This document shows, piece by piece, positions 1 through 14,266 of a stretch of DNA of 64,000 nucleotides. The DNA comes from Trichinella spiralis (taxonomy: Eukaryota). The position numbers and the translations under genes are program-made. Numbering within the stretch: the stretch's first letter is position 1; each line of letters starts with the position of its first letter. The notes under the pieces are model-generated. The model did no database searches. It saw only the letters and a list, made by a program, of their open reading frames with translations, and had not been told where the DNA came from. The stretch spans positions 4,818,393 through 4,882,392 of the forward strand of contig NW_003526945.1 in NCBI RefSeq assembly GCF_000181795.1. Direction: 5' to 3'.

Positions 1-3000
1 AAATGATTACGTTTCAAACAGAGCAAATATTTGCTAAGCATACGTTAAGACAATTAGGTGTAATCGACAATTAAGAGCAATATCCTTAGAAATGACTTTC
101 AGTTGATGATTATAAAGTAATAAATTAATAGAAAGTCTGTACATTGAATGAATAATTCTCAATTTAGCTAGGTCTGAAACAACTTTTGACAACTTAATGG
201 AAATGGGCTGAAAATGACGGAAAATTGGTTTCCTAAAAACTGAAATATATTGCACAAGGATGCGTATTTTGACATATTATAGCACTAGAATGCCAAGAAT
301 GGTTCATTAGCTGAATCTCACAAACTCCAGTTCAGTTTAAAGAAAGTTAACGATGGGCAACTTTTCTGTGTATTAAGATAGACAAACTGTTAACTTTAAA
401 AGCAAATTTTCCACAAGAATTATATTGTGCTCAATCAGACTTTGCACAATTCTCTAATCTATCCATATATAACCATAGCCAAAAAAAGATTTCAAAATTG
501 AGAAAAAAACATTTTTCACCCAAAAGGCGAAAACAGCAAAGTCCATAGCCCAAGAAATTTCGAAATTTTCATAAAACCTATTTTTCTCCAAAAATAGTGT
601 GAAGATGTATGAAAAAATTAGAAAACAACAATGTGCTTGGCCCCACGTTGCCCAATTGTGTATTTCTCGAGATATTGTGAAAAAAACTGATACTAAAAAT
701 GAAATATTAATAGGATAAAAAGGAAAAGAAATAAAATATAAAAGTTCAAAAGCTGTTAATAGAAAATGAGTTTGTTAAAGTTTATCAAGAAATCCACAAT
801 ATTTTGAGCAAAAACAGGTTCTTGTTTAAAAAACATTTGTTCCTGAATTTTGTTTACAAATTACAGCATCCAAAAAATTTCAAATTTTTGTTAACGCTAT
901 TTCCTTGACTGAATACGATCAGAAATAAGAATTAGTCAAAATAATAATATGTAAATGCAATTTTAATCCAATGTGGGGTTGTTTCTATTTGTAAATGTGA
1001 CGAGCGAATACTAAATATTTTATTAATTTTCTGAAAAAATCATCGAATACGTGTTACTGAAAATGAATATACCCATAGTTTACGTAAAAGTGTAGTTCGT
1101 GATCAACCATGCAATAAATAAGTCGCTCGAATTTAGTGGAAACATGCTTTTAGTGTTTTTGATTTCGAACCAAATCTGTGCACAGAAATATTGTTTCATC
1201 CTCAGTTGTTAGTCTGATTATGTTCATTCCATTTCGAACTAATTATTATCAAAACAAATACTATATTTAAGGCTGATTTTGTTATGTGGAATTCAAGGAG
1301 TGCTGAGAACGAGAATAAATCAAAATAGCCGCAGGTTTGGTATCAATGAGAAGCTTATGTAATGATACGAATCATGAACAGCATTGTAATCCATGAAATG
1401 ATTACGTTTCAAACAGAGCAAATATTTGCTAAGCATACGTTAAGACAATTAGGTGTTAATCGACAATTAAGAGCAATATCCTTAGAAATGACTTTCAGTT
1501 GATGATTATAAAGTAATAAATTAATAGAAAGTCTGTACATTGAATGAATAATTCTCAATTTAGCTAGGTCTGAAACAACTTTTGACAACTTAATGGAAAT
1601 GGGCTGAAAATGACGGAAAATTGGTTTCCTAAAAACTGAAATATATTGCACAAGGATGCGTATTTTGACATATTATAGCACTAGAATGCCAAGAATGGTT
1701 CATTAGCTGAATCTCACAAACTCCAGTTCAGTTTAAAGAAAGTTAACGATGGGCAACTTTTCTGTGTATTAAGATAGACAAACTGTCAACTTTAAAAGCA
1801 AATTTTCCACAAGAATTATATTGTGCTCAATCAGACTTTGCACAATTCTCTAATCTATCCATATATAACCATAGCCAAAAAAAGATTTCAAAATTGAGAA
1901 AAAAACATTTTTCACCCAAAACGCGAAAACAGCAAAGTCCATAGCCCACGAAATTTCGAAATTTTCATAAAACCTATTTTTCTCCAAAAATAGTGTGAAG
2001 ATGTATGAAAAAATTAGAAAACAACAATGTACTTGGTCCCACGTTGCCCGATTGTGTATTTCTCGAGATATAGTAAAAAAAAACTGATACTAAAAATGTA
2101 ATATTAATAGTGATGAAAGGAAAAGGAATAAAATATAAAAGTTGAAAAAATATTATTAGAAAATGATTTTGTTAAAGTTTATCAAGAAATCCACAATATT
2201 TTGAGCAAAAACAGGTTCTTGTTTAAAAAACATTTGTTCCTGAATTTTGTTTACAAATTACAGCATCCAAAAAATTTCAAATTTTCGTTAACGCTATTTC
2301 CTTGACTGAATACGATCAGAAATAAGAATTAGTCAAAATAATAATATGTAAATGCAATTTTTAATCCAATGGTGGGGTTGTTTCTATTTTGTAAAATGGG
2401 ACAAGCGAATACTAAATATTTTTATTGATTTTTCTGAAAAAANNNNNNNNNNTATCGATCGGCCAACTTTTTTGGTTATTCAAGATAGACAAAACTGTCA
2501 ATCTTTAAAAGCACATTTTCCACAAGAAATTATATTGTGCTCAATCAGACTGTGCACAAATTCTTCTAATCTCTATCCATATATAACCATAGCCAATAAT
2601 AGATTTCATATTTGAGAATAAGACATTTTTCACTCAATACGCGAAGACAGCAAAGTCCATAGCCCACGAAATTTCGAAATTTTCATAAAACCTATTTTTC
2701 TCCAAAAATAGTGTTAAGATGTATGAAAAAAATTAGAAAACAACAATGTACTTGGTCCCACGTTGCCCGATTGTGTATTTCTCGAGATATAGTAAAAAAA
2801 ACTGATACTAAAAATGTAATATTAATAGTGATGAAAGGAAAAGGAATAAAATATAAAAAGTTGAAAAAAATATTATTAGAAAATGATTTTGTTAAAGTTT
2901 ATCAAGAAATCCACAATATTTTGAGCAAAAACAGGTTCTTGTTTAAAAAACATTTGTTCCTGAATTTTGTTTACAAATTACAGCATCCAAAAAATTTCAA

Positions 3001-6000
3001 ATTTTTGTTAACGCTATTTCCTTGACTGAATACGATCAGAAATAAGAATTAGTCAAAATAATAATATGTAAATGCAATTTTAATCCAATGTGGGGTTGTT
3101 TCTATTTGTAAATGTGACAAGCGAATACTAAATATTTTATTAATTTTCTGAAAAAATCATCGAATACGTGTTACTGAAAATGAATATACCCATAGTTTAC
3201 GTAAAAGTGTAGTTCGTGATCAACCATGCAATAAATAAGTCGCTCGAATTTAGTGGAAACATGCTTTTAGTGTTTTTGATTTCGAACCAAATCTGTGCAC
3301 AGAGATATTGTTTCATCCTCAGTTGTTAGTCTGATTATGTTCATTCCATTTCGAACTAATTATTATCAAAACAAATACTATATTTAAGGCTGATTTTGTT
3401 ATGTGGAATTCAAGGAGTGCTGAGAACGAGAATAAATCAAAATAGCCGCAGGTTTGGTATCAATGAGAAGCTTATGTAATGATACGAATCATGAACAGCA
3501 TTGTAATCCATGAAATGATTACGTTTCAAACAGAGCAAATATTTGCTAAGCATACGTTAAGACAATTAGGTGTTAATCGACAATTAAGAGCAATATCCTT
3601 AGAAATGACTTTCAGTTGATGATTATAAAGTAATAAATTAATAGAAAGTCTGTACATTGAATGAATAATTCTCAATTTAGCTAGGTCTGAAACAACTTTT
3701 GACAACTTAATGGAAATGGGCTGAAAATGACGGAAAATTGGTTTCCTAAAAACTGAAATATATTGCACAAGGATGCGTATTTTGACATATTATAGCACTA
3801 GAATGCCAAGAATGGTTCATTAGCTGAATCTCACAAACTCCAGTTCAGTTTAAAGAAAGTTAACGATGGGCAACTTTTCTGTGTATTAAGATAGACAAAC
3901 TGTCAACTTTAAAAGCAAATTTTCCACAAGAATTATATTGTGCTCAATCAGACTTTGCACAATTCTCTAATCTATCCATATATAACCATAGCCAAAAAAG
4001 ATTTCAAAATTGAGAAAAAAACATTTTTCACCCAAAAGGCGAAAACAGCAAAGTCCATAGCCCAAGAAATTTCGAAATTTTCATAAAACCTATTTTTCTC
4101 CAAAAATAGTGTGAAGATGTATGAAAAAATTAGAAAACAACAATGTGCTTGGCCCCACGTTGCCCAATTGTGTATTTCTCGAGATATTGTGAAAAAAACT
4201 GATACTAAAAATGAAATATTAATAGGAATAAAAGGAAAAGAAATAAAATATAAAAGTTCAAAAGCTGTTAATAGAAAATGAGTTTGTTAAAGTTTATCAA
4301 GAAATCCACAATATTTTGAGCAAAAACAGGTTCTTGTTTAAAAAACATTTGTTCCTGAATTTTGTTTACAAATTACAGCATCCAAAAAATTTCAAATTTT
4401 TGTTAACGCTATTTCCTTGACTGAATACGATCAGAAATAAGAATTAGTCAAAATAATAATATGTAAATGCAATTTTAATCCAATGTGGGGTTGTTTCTAT
4501 TTGTAAATGTGACAAGCGAATACTAAATATTTTATTAATTTTCTGAAAAAATCATCGAATACGTGTTACTGAAAATGAATATACCCATAGTTTACGTAAA
4601 AGTGTAGTTCGTGATCAACCATGCAATAAATAAGTCGCTCGAATTTAGTGGAAACATGCTTTTAGTGTTTTTGATTTCGAACCAAATCTGTGCACAGAGA
4701 TATTGTTTCATCCTCAGTTGTTAGTCTGATTATGTTCATTCCATTTCGAACTAATTATTATCAAAACAAATACTATATTTAAGGCTGATTTTGTTATGTG
4801 GAATTCAAGGAGTGCTGAGAACGAGAATAAATCAAAATAGCCGCAGGTTTGGTATCAATGAGAAGCTTATGTAATGATACGAATCATGAACAGCATTGTA
4901 ATCCATGAAATGATTACGTTTCAAACAGAGCAAATATTTGCTAAGCATACGTTAAGACAATTAGGTGTTAATCGACAATTAAGAGCAATATCCTTAGAAA
5001 TGACTTTCAGTTGATGATTATAAAGTAATAAATTAATAGAAAGTCTGTACATTGAATGAATAATTCTCAATTTAGCTAGGTCTGAAACAACTTTTGACAA
5101 CTTAATGGAAATGGGCTGAAAATGACGGAAAATTGGTTTCCTAAAAACTGAAATATATTGCACAAGGATGCGTATTTTGACATATTATAGCAGTAGAATG
5201 CCAAGAATGGTTCATTAGCTGAATCTCACAAACTCCAGTTCAGTTTAAAGAAAGTTAACGATGGGCAACTTTTCTGTGTATTAAGATAGACAAACTGTCA
5301 ACTTTAAAAGCAAATTTTCCACAAGAATTATATTGTGCTCAATCAGACTTTGCACAATTCTCTAATCTATCCATATATAACCATAGCCAAAAAAAGATTT
5401 CAAAATTGAGAAAAAAACATTTTTCACCCAAAACGCGAAAACAGCAAAGTCCATAGCCCACGAAATTTCGAAATTTTCATAAAACCTATTTTTCTCCAAA
5501 AATAGTGTTAAGATGTATGAAAAAATTAGAAAACAACAATGTACTTGGTCCCACGTTGCCCGATTGTGTATTTCTCGAGATATAGTAAAAAAACTGATAC
5601 TAAAAATGTAATATTAATAGTGATGAAAGGAAAAGGAATAAAATATAAAAGTTGAAAAAATATTATTAGAAAATGATTTTGTTAAAGTTTATCAAGAAAT
5701 CCACAATATTTTGAGCAAAAACAGGTTCTTGTTTAAAAAACATTTGTTCCTGAATTTTGTTTACAAATTACAGCATCCAAAAAATTTCAAATTTTTGTTA
5801 ACGCTATTTCCTTGACTGAATACGATCAGAAATAAGAATTAGTCAAAATAATAATATGTAAATGCAATTTTAATCCAATGTGGGGTTGTTTCTATTTGTA
5901 AATGTGACAAGCGAATACTAAATATTTTATTAATTTTCTGAAAAAATCATCGAATACGTGTTACTGAAAATGAATATACCCATAGTTTACGTAAAAGTGT

Positions 6001-8403
6001 AGTTCGTGATCAACCATGCAATAAATAAGTCGCTCGAATTTAGTGGAAACATGCTTTTAGTGTTTTTGATTTCGAACCAAATCTGTGCACAGAGATATTG
6101 TTTCATCCTCAGTTGTTAGTCTGATTATGTTCATTCCATTTCGAACTAATTATTATCAAAACAAATACTATATTTAAGGCTGATTTTGTTATGTGGAATT
6201 CAAGGAGTGCTGAGAACGAGAATAAATCAAAATAGCCGCAGGTTTGGTATCAATGAGAAGCTTATGTAATGATACGAATCATGAACAGCATTGTAATCCA
6301 TGAAATGATTACGTTTCAAACAGAACAAATATTTTGCCAAAGCATCCTTTAAGAACATTAGTGTTAATCGACAATTAGAACCAATATCCTTTAAAAATGA
6401 ATTTCANNNNNNNNNNNNNNNNNNNNNNNNNNNNNNNNNNNNNNNNNNNNNNNNNNNNNNNNNNNNNNNNNNNNNNNNNNNNNNNNNNNNNNNNNNNNNN
6501 NNNNNNNNNNNNNNNNNNNNNNNNNNNNNNNNNNNNNNNNNNNNNNNNNNNNNNNNNNNNNNNNNNNNNNNNNNNNNNNNNNNNNNNNNNNNNNNNNNNN
6601 NNNNNNNNNNNNNNNNNNNNNNNNNNNNNNNNNNNNNNNNNNNNNNNNNNNNNNNNNNNNNNNNNNNNNNNNNNNNNNNNNNNNNNNNNNNNNNNNNNNN
6701 NNNNNNNNNNNNNNNNNNNNNNNNNNNNNNNNNNNNNNNNNNNNNNNTCCTTGACTGAATACGATCAGAAATAAGAATTAGTCAAAATAATAAATATGTA
6801 AATGCAATTTTAATCCAATGTGGGGTTGTTTCTATTTGTAAATGTGACAAGCGAATACTAAATATTTTATTAATTTTCTGAAGAAATCATCGAATACGTG
6901 TTACTGAAAATGAATATACCCATAGTTTACGTAAAAGTGTAGTTCGTGATCAACCATGCAATAAATAAGTCGCTCGAATTTAGTGGAAACATGCTTTTAG
7001 TGTTTTTGATTTCGAACCAAATCTGTGCACAGAGATATTGTTTCATCCTCAGTTGTTAGTCTGATTATGTTCATTCCATTTCGAACTAATTATTATCAAA
7101 ACAAATACTATATTTAAGGCTGATTTTGTTATGTGGAATTCAAGGAGTGCTGAGAACGAGAATAAATCAAAATAGCCGCAGGTTTGGTATCAATGAGAAG
7201 CTTATGTAATGATACGAATCATGAACAGCATTGTAATCCATGAAATGATTACGTTTCAAACAGAGCAAATATTTGCTAAGCATACGTTAAGACAATTAGG
7301 TGTTAATCGACAATTAAGAGCAATATCCTTAGAAATGACTTTCAGTTGATGATTATAAAGTAATAAATTAATAGAAAGTCTGTACATTGAATGAATAATT
7401 CTCAATTTAGCTAGGTCTGAAACAACTTTTGACAACTTAATGGAAATGGGCTGAAAATGACGGAAAATTGGTTTCCTGAAAACTAAAATATATTGCACAA
7501 GGATGCGTATTTTGACATATTATAGCACTAGAATGCCAAGAATGGTTCATTAGCTGAATCTCACAAACTCCAGTTCAGTTTAAAGAAAGTTAACGATAGG
7601 CAACTTTTCTGTGTATTAAGATAGACAAACTGTCAACTTTAAAAGCAAATTTTCCACAAGAATTATATTGTGCTCAATCAGACTTTGCACAATTCTCTAA
7701 TCTATCCATATATAACCATAGCCAAAAAAAGATTTCAAAATTGAGAAAAAAACATTTTTCACCCAAAACGCGAAAACAGCAAAGTCCATAGCCCAAGAAA
7801 TTTCGAAATTTTCATAAAACCTATTTTTCTCCAAAAATAGTGTGAAGATGTATGAAAAAATTAGAAAACAACAATGTACTTGGTCACACGTTGCCCGATT
7901 GTGTATTTCTCGAGATATAGTAAAAAAACTGATACTGAAAATGTAATATTAATAGTGATGAAAGGAAAAGAAATAAAATATAAAAGTTGAAAAAATATTA
8001 TTAGAAAATGATTTTGTTAAAGTTTATCACGAAATCCACAATATTTTGAGCAAAAACAGGTTCTTGTTTAAAAAACATTTGTTCCTGAATTTTGTTTACA
8101 AATTACAGCATCCAAAAAATTTCAAATTTTTGTTAACGCTATTTCCTTGACTGAATACGATCAGAAATAAGAATTAGTCAAAATAATAATATGTAAATGC
8201 AATTTTAATCCAATGTGGGGTTGTTTCTATTTGTAAATGTGACAAGTCCGAACTGAATATTTCATCAATTTTCTGAAAAAATTATCGATTACCTGTTACT
8301 GAAGATGTATATGAAGTTAGTTTACGCGAAACTGTATTTGGTAATGAACCATGCAATTATTAAATCGTTTGAATTTAGTGGAAACATGCTTTTAGTGTTT
8401 TTG
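1..8403. repeat. Tandem repeat array, ~1395-bp unit, parts of about 7 copies, two N gaps
   Basis: AAATGATTACGTTTCAAACAGAGC recurs at 1, 1396, ~3513, ~4908, ~6303 and ~7243. The same spurious minus ORF recurs at 1409, 3526, 4921 and 7256 (3526 to 4921 = 1395 bp). Gaps at ~2443-2452 and ~6407-6747. Near-identity ends at ~8245 and decays to ~8403. Open at the window start. Confidence 0.97.
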
Positions 8404-11400
8404 AACTTATAAGTTCTCGACAAAAATGTTCTACACATAGGAGAAGCATTGCTTTTATTGTACAGAAAATATAAATCTTCCTAGTAGTTGGCAAAACATG
8501 CACATATAAAGATTTATGGGAGTTGTTCTTTGATACTGTGGTACATTTGGAAGAACTGATTGTTCTGCTCTGCGTGTAGACGAACACTGCAGTTTTGCAC
8601 ATGTCCTTTGTGTTTTGTGTGCATACTTATTCTCTTGCATACTCCCTTGTGGTCGTGCGCTAACCATATGGCTTACACCCTGAATCCGGATGTCAGGTAA
8701 CTGCGACCGAAATTCTGAATCTGATGTTAGTGGTGCTTTTCGGTGTGACTGTAGCAAGCTGAGGACAACATGGCGACGAAATCCAGCTGAATGAGTGGTC
8801 TATTCTCGATATAATAATGAATATGCCAAGCAGCCATGGTCGCCAATTTTCGCAAAAACAACCAAGTCTCTAGCCCACGAAATTTTGAATTTTCGAAAAA
8901 ACATTTTTTCCTCTAAAAATTAAAGAAATTGATTTATATCGATAAGAGATTAGTAGCGAACTACTACAAACTTATCCGCACCGTTCCTGATTGCGTACAA
9001 TGCTTCACATTTTTTTGCCTGATAAATAATAATGTTATAAGGGTAAGCACTGCAGCCATACAGCATTCAGACTTTGTAGCGAAGGCGAATCAGCTTACCT
9101 TTCATAAACATAGCAGGATGGTGACCAAAGTATGGTACTATTGATTTGTCTATGCCAGGTTTCTCATGAAGCATACTATACTGGACAGATGTGATGAAAC
9201 AACTACTTTCCAGGACACAGAATTCACAGATTTTCATATTTATGTGTGCTATAAAACCCAAAGAGGTTGGTCAGAAATAGCTGAGAGTACAAAATTTTAT
9301 TAAAAATATAACTAAAAATAGATATTCAAATCATTTTAATTCTTGAAAATTATTTTCATCCACATCTTGAAAATGTGATATAAGAAATTCAAAGTAGAAT
9401 GACCAATACTTGCAAATATTAAAACATCTTACATCTATCCCATTTATAATCGACAAACTATTATACTTATAAGCTTTGTAAAAAATTATTCAATAATTGC
9501 TTTTTAAGTCTTCGTATTTTGGATTGAAAAAATCACTTTTAAAAACGGAAAAAATACATTTCGCAGAAAATATACAATAAAACAATTAATTATAAATGAT
9601 TTTAATATAAATACACCCCTTGAAAACAATCGGAAAAAATCTAGATTGATATTAAACATTTAAGTCGATGCAAATTCTTTTAAACTATTTACTGAACATT
9701 TTTTACGTTCATTTTGGAATTTTACATTTTCCATTTGTAATAAACTCAGTAAAAAAAATAACCTTTCCTTCTCCAAGAATAATTAATGATTCATAAACAA
9801 TGACAACATTAATTATGTTATAAACTATGTAAACCATCTTCAGTTTGCGCTTATCAATGTTACAATTAATCATTTTGTAAATACGAAAAAGAAGTAATAC
9901 GAAGTAACAAGCTGTTTTCCGGTGGAAGAAATAATCTTTAACAACGATAAGCCCATAACGTGTAATTGCTTAAACTGAAGTTCACTTCATGAATATTGCT
10001 CAGGCCACAGCAAATAACGTTAAGCAAGCAAGCAAGCGTGTCATTTTTCATAGGACAACTTTTTCGTGAAAATTGAAAAGCATAATTTTGAAAACCAATG
10101 CGTTAAACAACCTCGCCTCGTTGCACAAAGCTTCAATGTTTAATTTCATATTATTTTGGAAAGCTTATTCTCAGCGTGACAAAAAAAATATAAATTAATA
10201 TGGGCAGTCACGTTAAATGTGAAAACAAATGACATTATTCATTTATATTGCACTGCTATTATAAAATTTCATAATATATTTACTTAATGCGATTATTCGA
10301 TAACTTTCAAGATGAAATTTCAAGAATTATAAAACAGTAATATTTTATTATGCTCAACGGTTTCATTTACTGGTAAATAAGCATCCTTTCTATGAAATCT
10401 TTTGCATCAAAATTTTCTGATCTTTTGATCAAATTCAATATGTCACTTTAACATGTTGTGTGAAGCTGCAGCAAGAATTATCCAGTACATTTTAAATAAA
10501 CAGACTCCAAAAATAGTTAAATGACTATCATATAACACAAGCAAACTGCCTATGCGGAACTTTCTTAAAACTCAACGACGATATGTAATTCTAAAGCCAG
10601 TAAAATACTTGTCTTACTTATTTCTATTTATTTATCATTTATCACAATCTGGTAAAACAAAATTGCTAACATAACTGCTAATTATTGGGAGTTATTCATT
10701 AATATTCACTATTCCTCACAATTCATAATTATAATAAAGGAAATGGCCTTACCTTTTTAAAAATGTAACGAATAAGAAAAATGTTTCTTTGAAGATGTTG
10801 ACAATATTATGCAAGTTTTATGCTTTCTTTGTTGCTTGCTATCTAATTTGCAATAACATCGTATCTTTGGTCGAATAAAAAATTTGCTAAAACGCACTGA
10901 AACACATGCAGTAATTGTAGAGTAAAAAATGTAAATTTATATCAAATATGTAAACTCATAGGGATTTTAGATGAATTTCATTTCTGAATCGCGAGTATCT
11001 AACTTAATTCTTTAAGGAAGAAATTTTGAATTTCAGGGATACTGTATTACCTACAAAAGAATATGCAGGAGCAATTGATATTAGAATTGACATTTCTTGC
11101 TCGTAAAAATTGAAAAGCAATAAAATAAACTTTTATGCCTAATTTTAAAATTTTTTTCAATATATTATTACCATTTGTTTTCCTTACTCATTCATAGTCC
11201 CAACTGATAGATAGCATCCGAATGAACAAGCTATCATGAATTGTGATGACAAGATTGGAAATGCTTAACAAATCTCTCTAATCGATTTAATTCAACTACC
11301 TGAAACACAGATTTTCAAAAATATCATAACTGTAGTTTTACTGTTTTAGATACGTTTAAAAGGTTTGTAATTTTTCGTTGAAATTGCTATAAGTTATCCT

Positions 11401-11863
11401 TATATTTTTTTCTAAAAAATTCCAATAAATTTTAATGCACCGTCTTTTGATACAAGAAAATACATTTTCTGAACAGCATTTAATTAATTTTGTCTCTTAA
11501 TTAATATTCACTGTTGGTCAGTGTTTATATCATTATTCATGTATATTAGGTTTCTATTTCGACAATGAAAATTTGTCGTCTGTTCACATTTATATTTTGT
11601 GCATATATGTTGTCACTAGCCATTATAAATATATTAAGTCAACTCTCATAATTCAAATAATTCTGTATTACAGAAGTTATTTTATATTTACTATCAATAT
11701 TTCTTTTAAAAAATAATGATTCCATTTTACGTATGTACAGTATGTTACTCAAACCTTTAAATTTAAAACCTGCACTCCGTTTTTTAATTTATACAAGTTA
11801 CTTTTAAAGCTCACGAGAAAACTCAGTCATTTCATTGCTGTTTTGTTTGCTGTGTGGCGGCTC

Positions 11864-12987
11864 ATGCCGATGCTTTGTAATAATCTTCATTTTCCGGATG
11901 TGATAGATAACAAGTGGCAGATACTTCAGCGTCTCGGTGCGGGCGGTTTCGGAACCGTATACGAAGTTTCAGAAGTGGGTGATGAAGAAAGTCGTTACGC
12001 TGCAAAGGTAAAAAAGTATATATTTCTAGCTGATAACGTATCCATAAATTATATAACAATTAACCAAAATGTGTGTTCATTGTATTATGAATAATATGAA
12101 ATCACGTTTTGAATGAAATTAAATTATACATTATTTTTGCATTTTCCAAATGCAATGTACTGAAAATTGATGAAATTTTAAATCTCACATGATTGTACTT
12201 AAAATTTTGTATCAGACCAATGTTCCTTGTCCAACATTTTTTTAAATTACAGGTTCAGATGGGAAGTGAGGGCAAAAAAGTGATGCGGACAGAAGTTAAA
12301 ATTTTGTCTGCACTTCAGGGCAAAAGCTCACGTATCTGTCAGCTAATTGCTTGCGGAAGCGACAACGATGTCAACTATATTATTATGAATCTCACTGGAG
12401 AAAACTTGAAAGATTACAAAAATTCTTTTCGTGGCAAACACCTGCCTCCTGTGGATGCACTCAAGATTAGTATTCAATGCATTGAAGTGATCAGAGAAGT
12501 ACATGAAGCAGGCTTTATCCACAGAGATATAAAGCCCGAAAATTTTGCAGTTGAATTCACAGGAAGCGCTGATAAAATTTACCTTCTCGATTTTGGTATT
12601 GCGAGGCAGTACCGTTTCAAAGACGGTTCACTGCGTCCAGCGCGTAAGGCTCCACTCTTTTATGGAACCCCGGAATACGCATCACCGAATGCCTTTGATG
12701 AAAAGGAACTTGGCCGGCATGATGACCTGATATCGTGGTTTTACATGGTCGTTGAATTCTACGGGGGTTTCCTGCCATGGAAACGTTATAAGAATAATAT
12801 GAAGCTTTGCGGTCAAATCAAGAGAAAGAACTTCAGATCAACAAAGTGGTTAAAGAATTTGCCTAAAGAATTTACTGAAATATATGAAACCGTTAGTAAA
12901 ATGAATTATGAAGAAGAACCAAAGTACAACCTGTTTATTGGAAAGCTGAAAATGATTCTGAAGCGAGATCATGGTATAAACTACTGA
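11864..12987 (+). CDS. Tau-tubulin kinase / casein kinase 1 family Ser/Thr kinase, 2 exons (11864-12007, 12253-12987)
   Basis: LGAGGFGTVY, YAAK|VQ joined across a phase-0 GT-AG intron, FIHRDIKPENF, LLDFGIARQY, GTPEYAS and LGRHDDLISWFY are TTBK/CK1 motifs. Catalytic residues are intact. Confidence 0.93.
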
Positions 12988-14266
12988 ATCAATTTACAAT
13001 TTTTAAATTATTTGCATGCTACACCATTTTTTTATGTAATGATTAAAGAGTACTCATTTATGAACAGTTATCTTCATGTCATACCTTCTTTCAATCAATA
13101 ATATTACTTCATTATATCACATATTATTTATAGTGATGATAACGTTCCATCAGTACATTCTGATTTTTCAAAATTTCCTTATGCTTTTCTTTCCCCGTTT
13201 AAAATTGTATTTATTTCATTCGCTTAATAGAAGCAATAGAGCAATTAACAAAAGACTGAATATTTTAACTGGAAAAATGTTTTCATAAATTTCCCAGTAT
13301 TTACTTATTACCATACTGCTCACATCGTTCAATGTTATTCTAAAATAACATTCATCGCTAGCTTCGAGTGATGGTTTTTCGTTAAATCTTATATACCTGC
13401 TTCTATCTAATCTCAGCCCGATCTTGCAATAGACTAAATAATAAAAAAATCTCTTCAAAATTTCAGCAGATTTTCTTGTGCACCGCTCACCAGAGCTGCT
13501 GATATTTATGCTTTATCCATACAATAAAATAATGTTAACTATTAAACAAAAGAAATAAAAATTCTGAAATATTCTATCTATAAAAATATACTCATCCGAT
13601 TGAACTGTAAAACTTGTATCAAAGTAAACCTCAATCGACTCTATTTCAATAATATTAGCTGAAACTGCAAAAATTAATAAGAAAATAATTTCAAAAGCAC
13701 AGTATTCATTACAAATTTTGATCTACAAATTATACTGAAGCATGCTGTAACTTACTTTACAAACTAAATTTGACACAGCAACTTGACAATCATCGTCGGG
13801 CAGAATGATGCACTAAAAACGCTGGATTTCCCTTTTCCTAAAAAGCCAACTGTTTTGCTAACAATCTGTCAATGCAATGCAAACTTACATGTGCACAACA
13901 TTGATTATAAAGAAGACGTATTAGAAATTTTTATCAAGTTTATAAGAAAACAGCAGAAAGATTAATATAGCTCGTAAAATGTTGCATAATTCCATTCATT
14001 CGTGTCCAGATTGTACTGCGCAGAAACCATTTATGTACACAAGCAGCGTTTATTTGAAAATAAAATACCCACAGTTCTATTTTTGTGAATCAATTAATTA
14101 TTTAATAAATATAAGAATCTTATAATTATCATAATTATAAGCAGTTACTATAATAATATTACATACCTGGATACATATACTTTTATGGTTAAAAAGATTT
14201 CATTAGAAAAAATATACAGAACTACTCCACTAGTAGGCAGCATCGCATGCCCAACTCTAAGTGATT

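Noticed and set aside
2370..2645. Apparently divergent repeat variants flanking the N gaps (also ~6320-6406)
   Set aside because: Differences concentrate at contig ends, typical of low-quality read tails.
34..7498. Recurrent 73-80 aa minus ORF and 87-104 aa plus ORFs in the tandem array
   Set aside because: Mostly non-ATG starts, no motifs, and indels between copies; they recur only because the DNA is repeated.
8759..8805. Hammerhead-like CTGAGGA...GAAA...GTC
   Set aside because: Stems I and II do not pair.
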